Shown here in pieces: positions 22,808 to 32,154 of a stretch of 64,000 bases of DNA. Origin of the DNA: Aureliella sp. (GTDB taxonomy: Bacteria > Planctomycetota > Planctomycetia > Pirellulales > Pirellulaceae); assembly GCA_963691875.1 (NCBI GenBank), contig OY829846.1:3104001-3168000 (forward strand). The letters run 5' to 3'. Under the pieces are notes generated by a model. The model was given only the letters and a program-made list of their open reading frames with translations, did no database searches and was not told where the DNA came from. How positions within the stretch are numbered: position 1 is the stretch's first letter; each line of letters starts with the position of its first letter. Made by a program: the position numbers and the translations under genes.

Positions 22808-23497
22808 ATGAACGAGCAACGCGATAGCGAGAAAGCGGCCATGTTGCAGAGCACTCAAGGTGCCGTGCCGCAAGCCGGTACGTCGCGAGACGCGATGCTT
22901 CGGTCCAGCTATCCTTCGCAGACGGAAAATCGCATCCTGTGGATCGATGGTGTCGGAGGATTCCTCCTGGTCGAAAGAGACGAAGTTGTTATTGGCCAAG
23001 CGATTTCCGGCAACCAAACCGATATTCGGATTGTGGGAGACGTCAGCCGCCGAGCTGCTTCGATCCGTCGGAGTGGGGGCGACTATTTGCTGCAAGCGTT
23101 TCAGCCTTCCTGGCTTGATGGGCGCAGTGTTGATCGTCCGCAACTACTGCAAGACGGCTCACAGGTGCAGCTCGGCGATTGCGTTCAATTAGGCTTCAAT
23201 CAACCCAATCCTTTGAGCGCGACAGCCAGCTTGCACTTAACCAGTTTGAACAAGTTCAAGCCCAATGTGGACGCCGTTTTGCTGCTGGCAGACTCCTGTA
23301 TCATTGGCCCAGCTGCCGGGAGTCACATTCACTGCCCAACATGGGAAAGTGAACTGCTGATGTTCCGACATGGTGACACTTGGTTTTTCCGAACTCTGCA
23401 ATCTGTGCAAGTTGATGGCAAAGAGCAGGTCGGACAGATTGCTCTTGTGCCTGGTATGCGAATGCAGGGCGAAGATTTTTCTTTGAGTGTCGAGTAG
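22808..23497 (+). CDS. FHA-domain protein (tandem FHA-like)
   Basis: LWIDGVGGFLL, IG....DI.I.GDVSRRAASI, LQDGSQVQLG; GGAG RBS before ATG 22808. Confidence 0.75.
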   Translation: MNEQRDSEKAAMLQSTQGAVPQAGTSRDAMLRSSYPSQTENRILWIDGVGGFLLVERDEVVIGQAISGNQTDIRIVGDVSRRAASIRRSGGDYLLQAFQPSWLDGRSVDRPQLLQDGSQVQLGDCVQLGFNQPNPLSATASLHLTSLNKFKPNVDAVLLLADSCIIGPAAGSHIHCPTWESELLMFRHGDTWFFRTLQSVQVDGKEQVGQIALVPGMRMQGEDFSLSVE

Positions 23498-23672
23498 TTT
23501 CCTAGGCCATGTGTTGGTGCCATGTTAGCGCCTAGCGAACAGAGGCAAGCTGCCAATAAAGCTAGGGAAAGAACGAACAGATAAGTCAACGGATTTGTGA
23601 ACTAAGGCAGATCAGGACACCAAGTCACAGCAATCGCGAGGTTACCAGACCGTTTGCTACGACGATGCCAGA

Positions 23673-25850
23673 GTGCAAAATACTATGCTTCAATTTTTAT
23701 CGCCAGAAAAGAAACAAGCCAGTCAAACGCCACAGGATGCAGGCGTCCAGCCCACGCAAGTCAATCCACGCCACCAGGATATTCCGAAACAGGCCCAAGC
23801 CATGAAATTTAGATACGGCAACGGTGATCAACCTCTGAGCGGATTTACAATCAAACGCGGAGTTGGCATCGGTGGCTTCGGTGAAGTCTACTTTGCCATC
23901 AATGAAGCGGGCAAAGAAGTTGCGATCAAGCAAGTCCAGCGCAATTTGGACGTTGAAGTTCGCGGTGTACGGCAGTGCATGAACCTCAAGCACCCGAATT
24001 TGATCGCACTGTACGACATCAAGTTTGATGCCGATGAACAAGGCTGGATTGTAATGGAGTATGTCTCCGGAGCCAGCCTGCGAGACGTCCTTGAACAGCA
24101 CCATCAAGGCTTGCCCTTCGACGAACTTTCCCGTTGGTTCGGCCAGATCGCAGCGGGCGTTGCCTACCTGCATGATCATGGGATTGTTCACCGAGATCTA
24201 AAGCCAGCCAACATTTTTGAAGACGAAGGCATCGTCAAGATTGGCGACTACGGTCTATCTAAGTACATTTCCTGTTCCCGCCGTGGCGGACAAACGGAAA
24301 GCGTCGGAACATTTCACTACATGGCACCCGAGATCGGTAAGGGCGAGTATGGCAAAGAGATCGACATCTACGCACTGGGCGTGATGTTGTATGAGCTGGC
24401 CTCTGGGAATGTTCCCTTCGATGGCGAGAGCAGCCAAGAAATCATCATGAAACACTTGACGGCGGATCCTGACCTGTCGTTGGTCGCGTCACCGATTCGA
24501 GAGGTTGTTGCAAAGGCATTGGCCAAGAATCCAGCTAGTCGATACTCCTCCGTGCGAGAGATGCTCAAGCCTCTGGGGATGGAAGTCGACAATCGCTACC
24601 TGCTAGTGCGAACGCACATAGAGTCTGCACTGCCGCCAATCATTCAGCCGGGCGCCGCTCGAGTGGTGCAGAACGCTCGGGCTGCAGGAACTGCCCGCCA
24701 ACCTGGTCCAGCGACTCAGGCCGCAGCCGCACGAAGTACTCCCAATCCGGCAGCTGCGAGGGAAGAAGATTTGCCACAAGCTGCAACAGTAGAAATCCAA
24801 GAGCCAATTGCTCGTAACTTGCGGGACGGCTGGATGGGACTGAATCGTTGGTGGCACGGACTAGACATGAATCCAAACGCGAAGACGGCCCTATTGATTG
24901 TCGCGATCGTGTTCGCCGCCTTGTACGCTGGAGCCATCGTGCCATTCGTGCTGATCGCTGGCGCCATGTATATCCCCTACTATTGCCTGTGGTGGGTCTT
25001 AAAGGGCCCAAAGAAAACGCTCCGTTCAACTCAGCATTACGCCCAGCCACAAGCCAGTCCAGGCCACACGCCCCCTCAGGTGCAACCGCAAGCCATTCCG
25101 AGGCCGCGTCCTGTTGCGGCGAATCGCCCTTTGAGCATCAAACAATGGCGTGTCGCTCGCCGTGCTCAACTGGGAAAAGCTTCACCGCGAAGCGTTGTCA
25201 GCGAAGTAACCGGAGGCTGGCTTACATCTTTCATCGTGATCGCCGTATTCGGTGCCCTGGCCGCATTGTTCATGCCTGGCTTCGGAATTGCGGATCGAGA
25301 AACAGTTTCGCAACCTTGGTTGATCGGAATGTTCTGGGCCGGCATCACGTCGCTCGCCATCGCCTGGATCGCGATCGCGTTGGGCAAACGTTGGCAAAAG
25401 GAAGAAGGTGACTGGGCCATCCGCTCATTTGTGCAACTAACCTGCGGATTTGCTGTAGGCGGTTTGTCATTCTTACTGTCCGACTTCCTGATCCTACCTT
25501 GGGAGACTATAACCGAGAACGGAATCGGAGACATACCAGCACGTAAACTGACAGGGTTCTTTGATGCCAAGGAACAACCGCTGCTGCCAGCCTACCTTGC
25601 CTTCTTTCCACTGTTGATGGGGGCGGTTTCATGGTGGAAACAAGTAGATCCACTTCGGCCAACGCGCTTCAGCTTCTGGGCGGTGATCTGGAGTGTTGGC
25701 TGTGCATCTGTGATCAGTCTGTTTATCCCATTCCCACAACCTTGGGGAGCACTGGTTGCGGCCGGTGCGTCGATCGCAATTCAGCTTTCCAGCCCTTGGC
25801 TAAACCCAAGCGAGCGTCATAAGGTCAGACAGAAAATGGAGGTGGCTTAA
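23673..25850 (+). CDS. Ser/Thr protein kinase with multi-TM C-terminal domain
   Basis: GIGGFGEVY, VAIK, HRDLKPAN, DYG, YMAPE and DIYALG motifs; several TM helices after a Pro/Ala linker. Confidence 0.95.
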   Translation: MQNTMLQFLSPEKKQASQTPQDAGVQPTQVNPRHQDIPKQAQAMKFRYGNGDQPLSGFTIKRGVGIGGFGEVYFAINEAGKEVAIKQVQRNLDVEVRGVRQCMNLKHPNLIALYDIKFDADEQGWIVMEYVSGASLRDVLEQHHQGLPFDELSRWFGQIAAGVAYLHDHGIVHRDLKPANIFEDEGIVKIGDYGLSKYISCSRRGGQTESVGTFHYMAPEIGKGEYGKEIDIYALGVMLYELASGNVPFDGESSQEIIMKHLTADPDLSLVASPIREVVAKALAKNPASRYSSVREMLKPLGMEVDNRYLLVRTHIESALPPIIQPGAARVVQNARAAGTARQPGPATQAAAARSTPNPAAAREEDLPQAATVEIQEPIARNLRDGWMGLNRWWHGLDMNPNAKTALLIVAIVFAALYAGAIVPFVLIAGAMYIPYYCLWWVLKGPKKTLRSTQHYAQPQASPGHTPPQVQPQAIPRPRPVAANRPLSIKQWRVARRAQLGKASPRSVVSEVTGGWLTSFIVIAVFGALAALFMPGFGIADRETVSQPWLIGMFWAGITSLAIAWIAIALGKRWQKEEGDWAIRSFVQLTCGFAVGGLSFLLSDFLILPWETITENGIGDIPARKLTGFFDAKEQPLLPAYLAFFPLLMGAVSWWKQVDPLRPTRFSFWAVIWSVGCASVISLFIPFPQPWGALVAAGASIAIQLSSPWLNPSERHKVRQKMEVA

Positions 25851-25851
25851 G

Positions 25852-27126
25852 ATGAGTAATCCATTCACTTATCCCGAGCGTCAACATGAAGAATCCAGTC
25901 GCAAAGATGAATCCATGAAGAGTGAGTCCGTGCGAGCTTCCTTGATCGTTGCTTTTGGGCTGAGCATCGCCATTTTCCTGATGCCACTAAATGTCAGGCT
26001 AAGTTGTGGGCAGGATGGTGTTTCGCTGGCTGTGGAGAAACCGGCCCAAGGGCAAGCCCCAATCCCACCTGTGCCGCCGGCCATTCCCCCGATTGCCGAG
26101 GAGTCTGCAGCAGTGGTTTCTGGAGCTGAGATCTCCAGCGAAGAGGAGATCGGCTTGGGTGCGGCCATCGAAGCCAGCGAACAGAAGCTCACGAATGCAG
26201 CATCCGAAGAACCTGTACCTTTGTCCGTCGCACCGAGAGAGCCAATCTATCCTGACGACATGCCAGCCTGGATCAATCAGGCCCCTGACTACTCGACTCC
26301 GATTCATAGACTGTTCGTTGGATCAGAACCAGTCGCTGACGAAGCAGATTTGGATCAAGCTTTGCAGATTCCATTGATGGCAGCCGTACTTGATTACTTG
26401 GATGACCAGGTCTTTCACGAAGATGGCGTAGCATCGGAGCTTGGCATTACAGCCGATTATATCCAATCAAACTTAGTCTCTAACCACAACGGATATACCG
26501 TTGCTCTTAATTCGCTTGACGGGAAGATGTATGAGAAGTGGGTGACTTTGGAGATTCACCCGTTGCAAAGAGCCAACTTTGAGCGCATGCGAGCCGAGGC
26601 AACGCGACTATCACGCATTCCCGTTGTCCTCCTGTGTTTGCTTGGTGTGGTAGGAATCATGGGAATTTCGCACCTCTTTCTCAGACGCGGCAACAGCTTG
26701 CCAACCCAGGAGCCCCTGGCAGGCCAAAATCTGGTAGCCCAAGAAATGCCAGCACGCCAAAGTCGAGGAAATGCTGGGGTGGCTAGCGTTGCGATCGGCC
26801 TCATTTTCACGGGCGGAGTCCTCCTTATTGGCGGCATGCTGTTTCTGAGCTTGTTTGCATTTGGGGTGGAACGCCATTTCCGAGACGATGCTTTTCCACG
26901 AACAATGGTCGGGCCGAACGTACAGGTCGAGGTTTCTGACCAGATCGGACAGTCCATCAAGGAGGCCATCAGCGAACATGTGCAGGTCTTGCCTGAGGGC
27001 GGCGTGGTAATCACCACTAGCGATGGTTCAGTGATTAAGACACAATCAGAAGGTCGATCCGTCACAGAATCTGTGATTCAGTCGGGAGGCCAAACCATCA
27101 TCGAGCGACGTCAATACAGTCCATGA
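25852..27126 (+). CDS. Hypothetical membrane protein
   Basis: Signal-like N-terminus, acidic soluble domain, two C-terminal TM segments; ATGA-coupled to the sigma gene. Confidence 0.75.
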   Translation: MSNPFTYPERQHEESSRKDESMKSESVRASLIVAFGLSIAIFLMPLNVRLSCGQDGVSLAVEKPAQGQAPIPPVPPAIPPIAEESAAVVSGAEISSEEEIGLGAAIEASEQKLTNAASEEPVPLSVAPREPIYPDDMPAWINQAPDYSTPIHRLFVGSEPVADEADLDQALQIPLMAAVLDYLDDQVFHEDGVASELGITADYIQSNLVSNHNGYTVALNSLDGKMYEKWVTLEIHPLQRANFERMRAEATRLSRIPVVLLCLLGVVGIMGISHLFLRRGNSLPTQEPLAGQNLVAQEMPARQSRGNAGVASVAIGLIFTGGVLLIGGMLFLSLFAFGVERHFRDDAFPRTMVGPNVQVEVSDQIGQSIKEAISEHVQVLPEGGVVITTSDGSVIKTQSEGRSVTESVIQSGGQTIIERRQYSP

Positions 27127-27773
27127 GCAAATCCACTGGTGCAGATGAGATCCTGGTCGACAGGATCGGGCAAGGAGACGAACAGGCTTGGGAAGAATTG
27201 ATCGGACGCTACGAAGGGCGTCTACTGGCTTTTGTCGACAGCCGTCTTCGCAATCGAAGCACTAGTGAAGATATCGTCCAAGAAACCTTTGTGGGCTTTC
27301 TGAATAGCTTGCCGAACTACGACCGCAAGCGCCCCTTGGAAAGCTATCTTTTTTCGATTTGCGCCTACAAGCTGACAGACCATCTTCGTCGCGAAGGTAG
27401 GAGACCTGCTATTTCACTAACTCAGAACTCGACGGACAACTCCTCCTCACCCTGGCAGATCGTCTCTGGGCGCGCCCGCGGCGCAAGTACTATTGCTCGA
27501 AGTGGTGAACGCAAGAACCTCGAAGAAGTCGCTATTGTCGAGGCCTTGCAAAGTCAAATCGACAAATGGAAGGAACGCGGCGACTGGACGAAGCTCAAGT
27601 GTATCGAGATGCTCTTTATCCTAGGGATGGCTAACAAGGAAACGGCAGAGCTGCTAGACATCACCGAACAGCAAGTCGCCAACTTCAAGTTTGATTTTAT
27701 CGCCAGGACGAAGGCTCTCGTGGGGCGTCAAGATCTCAACTCCGAAGTCTTTCCCGAATTGGTCGGCGATTAA
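27123..27773 (+). CDS. ECF RNA polymerase sigma factor (kinase-associated type)
   Basis: GDEQAWEELIGRY, TSEDIVQETF, YLFSICAYKLTDHLRR; region 4 ANKETAELL. Confidence 0.9.
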   Translation: MSKSTGADEILVDRIGQGDEQAWEELIGRYEGRLLAFVDSRLRNRSTSEDIVQETFVGFLNSLPNYDRKRPLESYLFSICAYKLTDHLRREGRRPAISLTQNSTDNSSSPWQIVSGRARGASTIARSGERKNLEEVAIVEALQSQIDKWKERGDWTKLKCIEMLFILGMANKETAELLDITEQQVANFKFDFIARTKALVGRQDLNSEVFPELVGD

Positions 27774-27807
27774 GGCCACGGTACAGAAGTCGGCAAGACT
27801 TCACTAC

Positions 27808-28593
27808 TCAACGTGCGGTCCAACCGCCATCTACCATGAGCAGACTGCCTGTTGTGTAACTGCTCGCTCGGCTCGCCAAGTAAATCGCCGCTCCTTGAAT
27901 TTCCTCAAGTTCACCCCAGCGTTCCAACGCCACGGCACCGACGATGAACTTCTTTGCCTCTTCGCTATCGGCGATGGGTATGTTCATCTCCGTCAGAAAA
28001 GGACCTGGGCAAATGGCATTGCAAGTAATCCCGTATTCGGCGAGTTCTAGCCCAAGTGCCCGAGTCATCTGAACCACGGCGCCCTTGCTACTGGCGTAGG
28101 GAGTGCGATTGGCCAAGCCAACTACGCCTAGCGTGCTGGCAACGTTGACGATGCGTCCGTAACCCGCCTTCTTCATGTACTGCACAACGGCTCGGTTGGT
28201 TTTCCAAGTCCCGTTGACATTAATTCGCATGACTTCTTCGAACTGCTCTGGCTCCAATTCATCGATGGGGCCGCGGATATTGATACCTGCGCTGTTGATC
28301 ACAATGTCAACTTTCGCCCAATGCCGAATCGCTTCAGCGACAAAGAAATCGACTTGTTCTGAAGAAGTCACATCTGCCGCGACACCGATCGCCTCAACAT
28401 CGAATTGTTTGGAGATGGCATCAGCTGATTGCTTGGCTTGCTCCGCGTTGCGACTGACTAACATCACTTTGGCACCAGCCGAAGCGAGTCCCGCAGCCAT
28501 GGCAAGACCGAGGCCTTTAGAACCGCCAGTGACAATTGCAGTTTGGTCATCCATGCGAAAGGCCGACAAGCCGGGCCAGTTGACGTTGTTCAT
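27808..28593 (-). CDS. SDR family NAD(P)-dependent oxidoreductase
   Basis: TGGSKGLG, NSAG, YASSK and VDGG motifs. Confidence 0.95.
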   Translation of the reverse strand: MNNVNWPGLSAFRMDDQTAIVTGGSKGLGLAMAAGLASAGAKVMLVSRNAEQAKQSADAISKQFDVEAIGVAADVTSSEQVDFFVAEAIRHWAKVDIVINSAGINIRGPIDELEPEQFEEVMRINVNGTWKTNRAVVQYMKKAGYGRIVNVASTLGVVGLANRTPYASSKGAVVQMTRALGLELAEYGITCNAICPGPFLTEMNIPIADSEEAKKFIVGAVALERWGELEEIQGAAIYLASRASSYTTGSLLMVDGGWTAR

Positions 28594-28834
28594 GGTGATT
28601 CTTGATCCTGTTAGTTTTTGCAGCCACGAAGATCACTCTCGCTTCCTCGAGGGATAGCTCGCTTCCGAAGCAAGACGTCACATGACGATGGACGTTATAA
28701 GAATCGGGCTGGCTGTGAAGCGCTTGGGCGGCACAGCACAGAGCGTAACATAAATGCTTAAATCCATGCGAGGGTCCTGGTCACCAGTTGAGTGTTGCTC
28801 TAAGTTGCTGAAGGACTCGAAAGGAACAACAGCT

Positions 28835-29539
28835 ATGAAATCGCTTCGCCCCGTCAAAATTAAACGTAAATACACACGCTCCAGCCCCGGGAGTGTGCTC
28901 TATCAATCTGGTGAGACAATCGTGCTTTGCACAGCCAGTATCGAAACCAAGGTTCCACCTTGGTTAGAGGGCTCGGGCAAGGGCTGGGTGACAGCAGAGT
29001 ACAACATGCTGCCGCACAGTACCAACAAACGCAAGAAGCGAGATCGTGGCAAAGTGGATGGGCGCACGACTGAAATCCAACGGCTGATCGGACGTAGCCT
29101 GCGGGCTATCATCGACTTGCATAAGCTCGGTGAACGCATGGTCACGGTTGATTGCGATGTTCTACAGGCTGATGGCGGCACGAGAACTGCCAGTATTACC
29201 GGTGGTTTTCTAGCGTTAGCTGACGCACTGTATCCTGACTTCAAGAAGACCCCTCCAGCCGAACATCCACTGCACGATAGCGTCGCCGCAATTAGCGTTG
29301 GCATCGTTGGCGGCAAACCGGTTTTGGACCTCGACTATGAAGCAGATTTTGCCGCCGAAGTCGACATGAATGTGGTCATGACCGGGAGCGGAAAATTTGT
29401 CGAAATCCAAGGCACGGGTGAAGAGGCCACGTTTGACGACGCACAGCTCACTTCGATGCTGAAACTGGCTCGTAGCGGTATCAAGCAGCTGACTGAGAAA
29501 CAGAAGACTGCTCTTGGTAAACAATGGCCGCTCGCATAG
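28835..29539 (+). CDS. rph: Ribonuclease PH
   Basis: [44 protein letters not shown] and EIQGTGE motifs. Confidence 0.97.
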   Translation: MKSLRPVKIKRKYTRSSPGSVLYQSGETIVLCTASIETKVPPWLEGSGKGWVTAEYNMLPHSTNKRKKRDRGKVDGRTTEIQRLIGRSLRAIIDLHKLGERMVTVDCDVLQADGGTRTASITGGFLALADALYPDFKKTPPAEHPLHDSVAAISVGIVGGKPVLDLDYEADFAAEVDMNVVMTGSGKFVEIQGTGEEATFDDAQLTSMLKLARSGIKQLTEKQKTALGKQWPLA

Positions 29540-29716
29540 TAGTCGACCCCAAGAGAAGAAAATCAGTGGGTAGCAATCATGATTATGGTAAGCCGCATCG
29601 GCGTCGGCCGGTTGCATACCACGCCGTAGATGGCCTGCTCGTATAGCTCCGCAAACTCTTGCCACGCCTGAACATCGCTCGAGCCTGCGATTCGCAGTAC
29701 CAAGCTGATTCGTGTT

Positions 29717-29760
29717 TCAGGCAGTGGGGGCACGAGTATCAGGCAGTGGTGGCACGAGTA
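29717..29760. repeat. 22-bp tandem duplication
   Basis: TCAGGCAGTGGGGGCACGAGTA followed directly by TCAGGCAGTGGTGGCACGAGTA (one mismatch). Confidence 0.9.
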
Positions 29761-29934
29761 ACCAACATGAGAAAAGAATGGACCTGAGCTTTAAAAGTAC
29801 ACGCGAGAACCATGCGAAGCGAAGTTGACTCACAGAATTCCCGCCCGCACAGGAAGACACTCGTTGCGGAAGTCCTCAACTGACAGCGAGATATGAGAAT
29901 CTCAAAATAGACGATTTCAGCTGGAGCGCACGAA

Positions 29935-29965
29935 GAAAGGCTGACCCCAAACGAGTCAGCCTTTC
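29935..29965 (-). terminator. Probable intrinsic terminator of the YTV gene
   Basis: 11-bp stem GAAAGGCTGAC/GTCAGCCTTTC about 55 nt downstream of the YTV stop; T-rich exit on the minus strand. Confidence 0.7.
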
Positions 29966-30018
29966 GAATTTCCAGGTATACTCTCTCAGCTAAGTTGCCT
30001 TAGCTGAAGCCAATCAGC

Positions 30019-31713
30019 TTACTTGCATCCGCAACCGCTGCTAACCGAACCGCATCCGCCGCAACCGGTGTTGACTGGCACGTTAACTTCTTGAGCAACC
30101 ATAATCGTCTTGCACACTTGAACTTCCTTTTGGGTCGTTACAGGAACGCAAACGGTGTACTTCTCAACCTTGTCTTCGTTCACACGATCCATAACAGTCA
30201 CGGTGTACTCTTGATCCTCTTCAACAGTATCGTACTCAGTTACGGTGTACTCACGAGTCTTCTCAACTGGAACTTGAACTTGCACTTGGCGAGTTCGTTT
30301 TTCAGTTGACCAAGTGGTCTTAGGAACCGTGCGAGTGCGCGACTCTTGAATTGTCTTGCAAACTTGTTGCTGACGAGTGCGTTCTTCAGTGGTGTAGCTG
30401 CACTTCTTGACCGTACGAGTTTGTTGCTCTTGGCGGTACTTGGTTACTCGGTACTCTTGCGAACGTTCCTCTTGACGGCAACGATTGACCGTAATCGTGC
30501 GGCTACGCTCTTCCATACGGGTCTTAGGAACGTTAACCATGCGGCTTCGCTCTTCCATACGAGTCTTTTGAATGGTGACCATTCGAGTCTTTTCTTCGGT
30601 GCGGTACTTCGTAACCGTCACAGGACGAGTGCGAGTCTCGGTACGGCACTTACGAACCATGTAGGTGTAAGGCTGCTCAACTTGCTGAGTCTTGTAAGTG
30701 GTGCAAGGAACTTGCTCGGTAACGATATTTGGAACCCAAACGCGACGCTGAACAGTGCGAGTGCAACCAGTAGGAGCGCATCCTCCACAAGGGCTACCGC
30801 ATCCACCACAACCGGTGTTTTGAGCGCAGCCACCACAAGGATTTGCAGCAACTTCTTGGGTAACGCACTGGTAACTACCCATGTCCTTGGTGACGGTTCG
30901 CATGGTTGTTACAGGAACGCGCTGGCAAACAGTGCGAGTCGCAGTAACTTCCTCGGTGTAAGGAACTTGAACGGTATAGTCGACATTGTTGGTTTCGGTG
31001 TAAGGAACCTGAACCATGTACTTCTGCTCAACTTCCTCGGTGTAAGGAACACAAACGCTGAACTTCTGTTCTGCTTGCTCAGTGTAAGGAACGCAGACGG
31101 TGTACTTTTGCTCAACTTGCTCTGTGTACGGAACGTTGACCATATAGGTACGAGTCTTGGTTTCTTGGTGAGGAACGCAGACGGTTACAGGAACTTTAAG
31201 GTCGGTCCAAACAGGAACTTGCACAGTGTAAGGAACTTCGATGGTTTCCATCTTTTTTACGTTAACCATGTATTCCTCTTCCACCTGAGTGGTAGTAGGA
31301 ACTTGGACTTCGTACTCTTCGTCCTTCGTTTGGCATTCCATGACGGTGTAGTTTTGAGTCTTCTTCACTTCACGAGGTACACACTTGGTGACCTTGCGAG
31401 TACGAGTCTCTTCGCGTGGTACACACTTGGTCACGGTAACAGTGCGCTCACGAGTTTCTGGTTCCATCGTGGTTACGTCGACCATTTGGGTCTCCATAAC
31501 ACGTTGTGGCACCATGATGGTCTTCGTGGTGTACGTGGTACCACAACCAGATACAGTGCCACATCCGCCACAGCCGGCTGTGGAACCGCAGCCACCGCAA
31601 TCGGAGCTGACGGTGGTTCCGCAATCGCCACAGTTGCCGCAATGCGCGTGGACGGAGCTGGTAGCACACATCGCGACCAACGCGACCAGTAAAAAGAAGG
31701 GGCGAAATTTCAT
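30019..31713 (-). CDS. Secreted YTV-repeat, Cys/Val/Thr-rich envelope protein
   Basis: Signal peptide (...SSVHA), 14-residue YTVxVPYTE repeats and three CGGCG clusters; resembles the YTV family of Rhodopirellula. Confidence 0.88.
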   Translation of the reverse strand: MKFRPFFLLVALVAMCATSSVHAHCGNCGDCGTTVSSDCGGCGSTAGCGGCGTVSGCGTTYTTKTIMVPQRVMETQMVDVTTMEPETRERTVTVTKCVPREETRTRKVTKCVPREVKKTQNYTVMECQTKDEEYEVQVPTTTQVEEEYMVNVKKMETIEVPYTVQVPVWTDLKVPVTVCVPHQETKTRTYMVNVPYTEQVEQKYTVCVPYTEQAEQKFSVCVPYTEEVEQKYMVQVPYTETNNVDYTVQVPYTEEVTATRTVCQRVPVTTMRTVTKDMGSYQCVTQEVAANPCGGCAQNTGCGGCGSPCGGCAPTGCTRTVQRRVWVPNIVTEQVPCTTYKTQQVEQPYTYMVRKCRTETRTRPVTVTKYRTEEKTRMVTIQKTRMEERSRMVNVPKTRMEERSRTITVNRCRQEERSQEYRVTKYRQEQQTRTVKKCSYTTEERTRQQQVCKTIQESRTRTVPKTTWSTEKRTRQVQVQVPVEKTREYTVTEYDTVEEDQEYTVTVMDRVNEDKVEKYTVCVPVTTQKEVQVCKTIMVAQEVNVPVNTGCGGCGSVSSGCGCK

Positions 31714-32154
31714 TCAGGATCTCCTCACGAGGTTTCTCTAATGCTTAAGCGACTAAGCCCGGGACTCTATCGCTACGGGCAGCAGAGACTTGAAATATTA
31801 CAATACCGTAAAAAACTTCGGCACCGGCGGTAGACCTCCAGCAGGGTTCAGCTTGTCGCTGTATTTTACCCATGTTTGCACCAGCTTTTTACCCATTTTT
31901 CTCAGAGCTCTAACCCAAACACACACCGACTTCCCGGCTTTGCAACTAGCTCTGTGGCGAGACTACGCACTCGGATCCTCACTACCCCGGCGGAAAGTCG
32001 CTGATCTGCGGCTGGAGCGGATTCTGCGTGCGCGGCTTTGCGTTGCTGAAACAATTGGACAGCCCTATACTTAACGCCGCAGTGTGGATTTTGAGAAGAC
32101 AGAGCTCGGCTCTCACAAGCCCTGCAGCTCGAGCCCATTGGTGGGGGTAATTAC

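Noticed and set aside
22479..22827. Short ORFs between the PspA-like and FHA genes
   Set aside because: Mutually overlapping, motif-less and with non-ATG starts; more likely promoter/UTR.
29717..29760. Possible CRISPR mini-array
   Set aside because: Only two adjacent copies, no spacer and no cas genes in the window.
30346..31692. 448-aa plus-strand ORF opposite the YTV gene
   Set aside because: Antisense shadow of a repetitive, codon-biased gene. The minus-strand ORF has the RBS, signal peptide, repeats and terminator.
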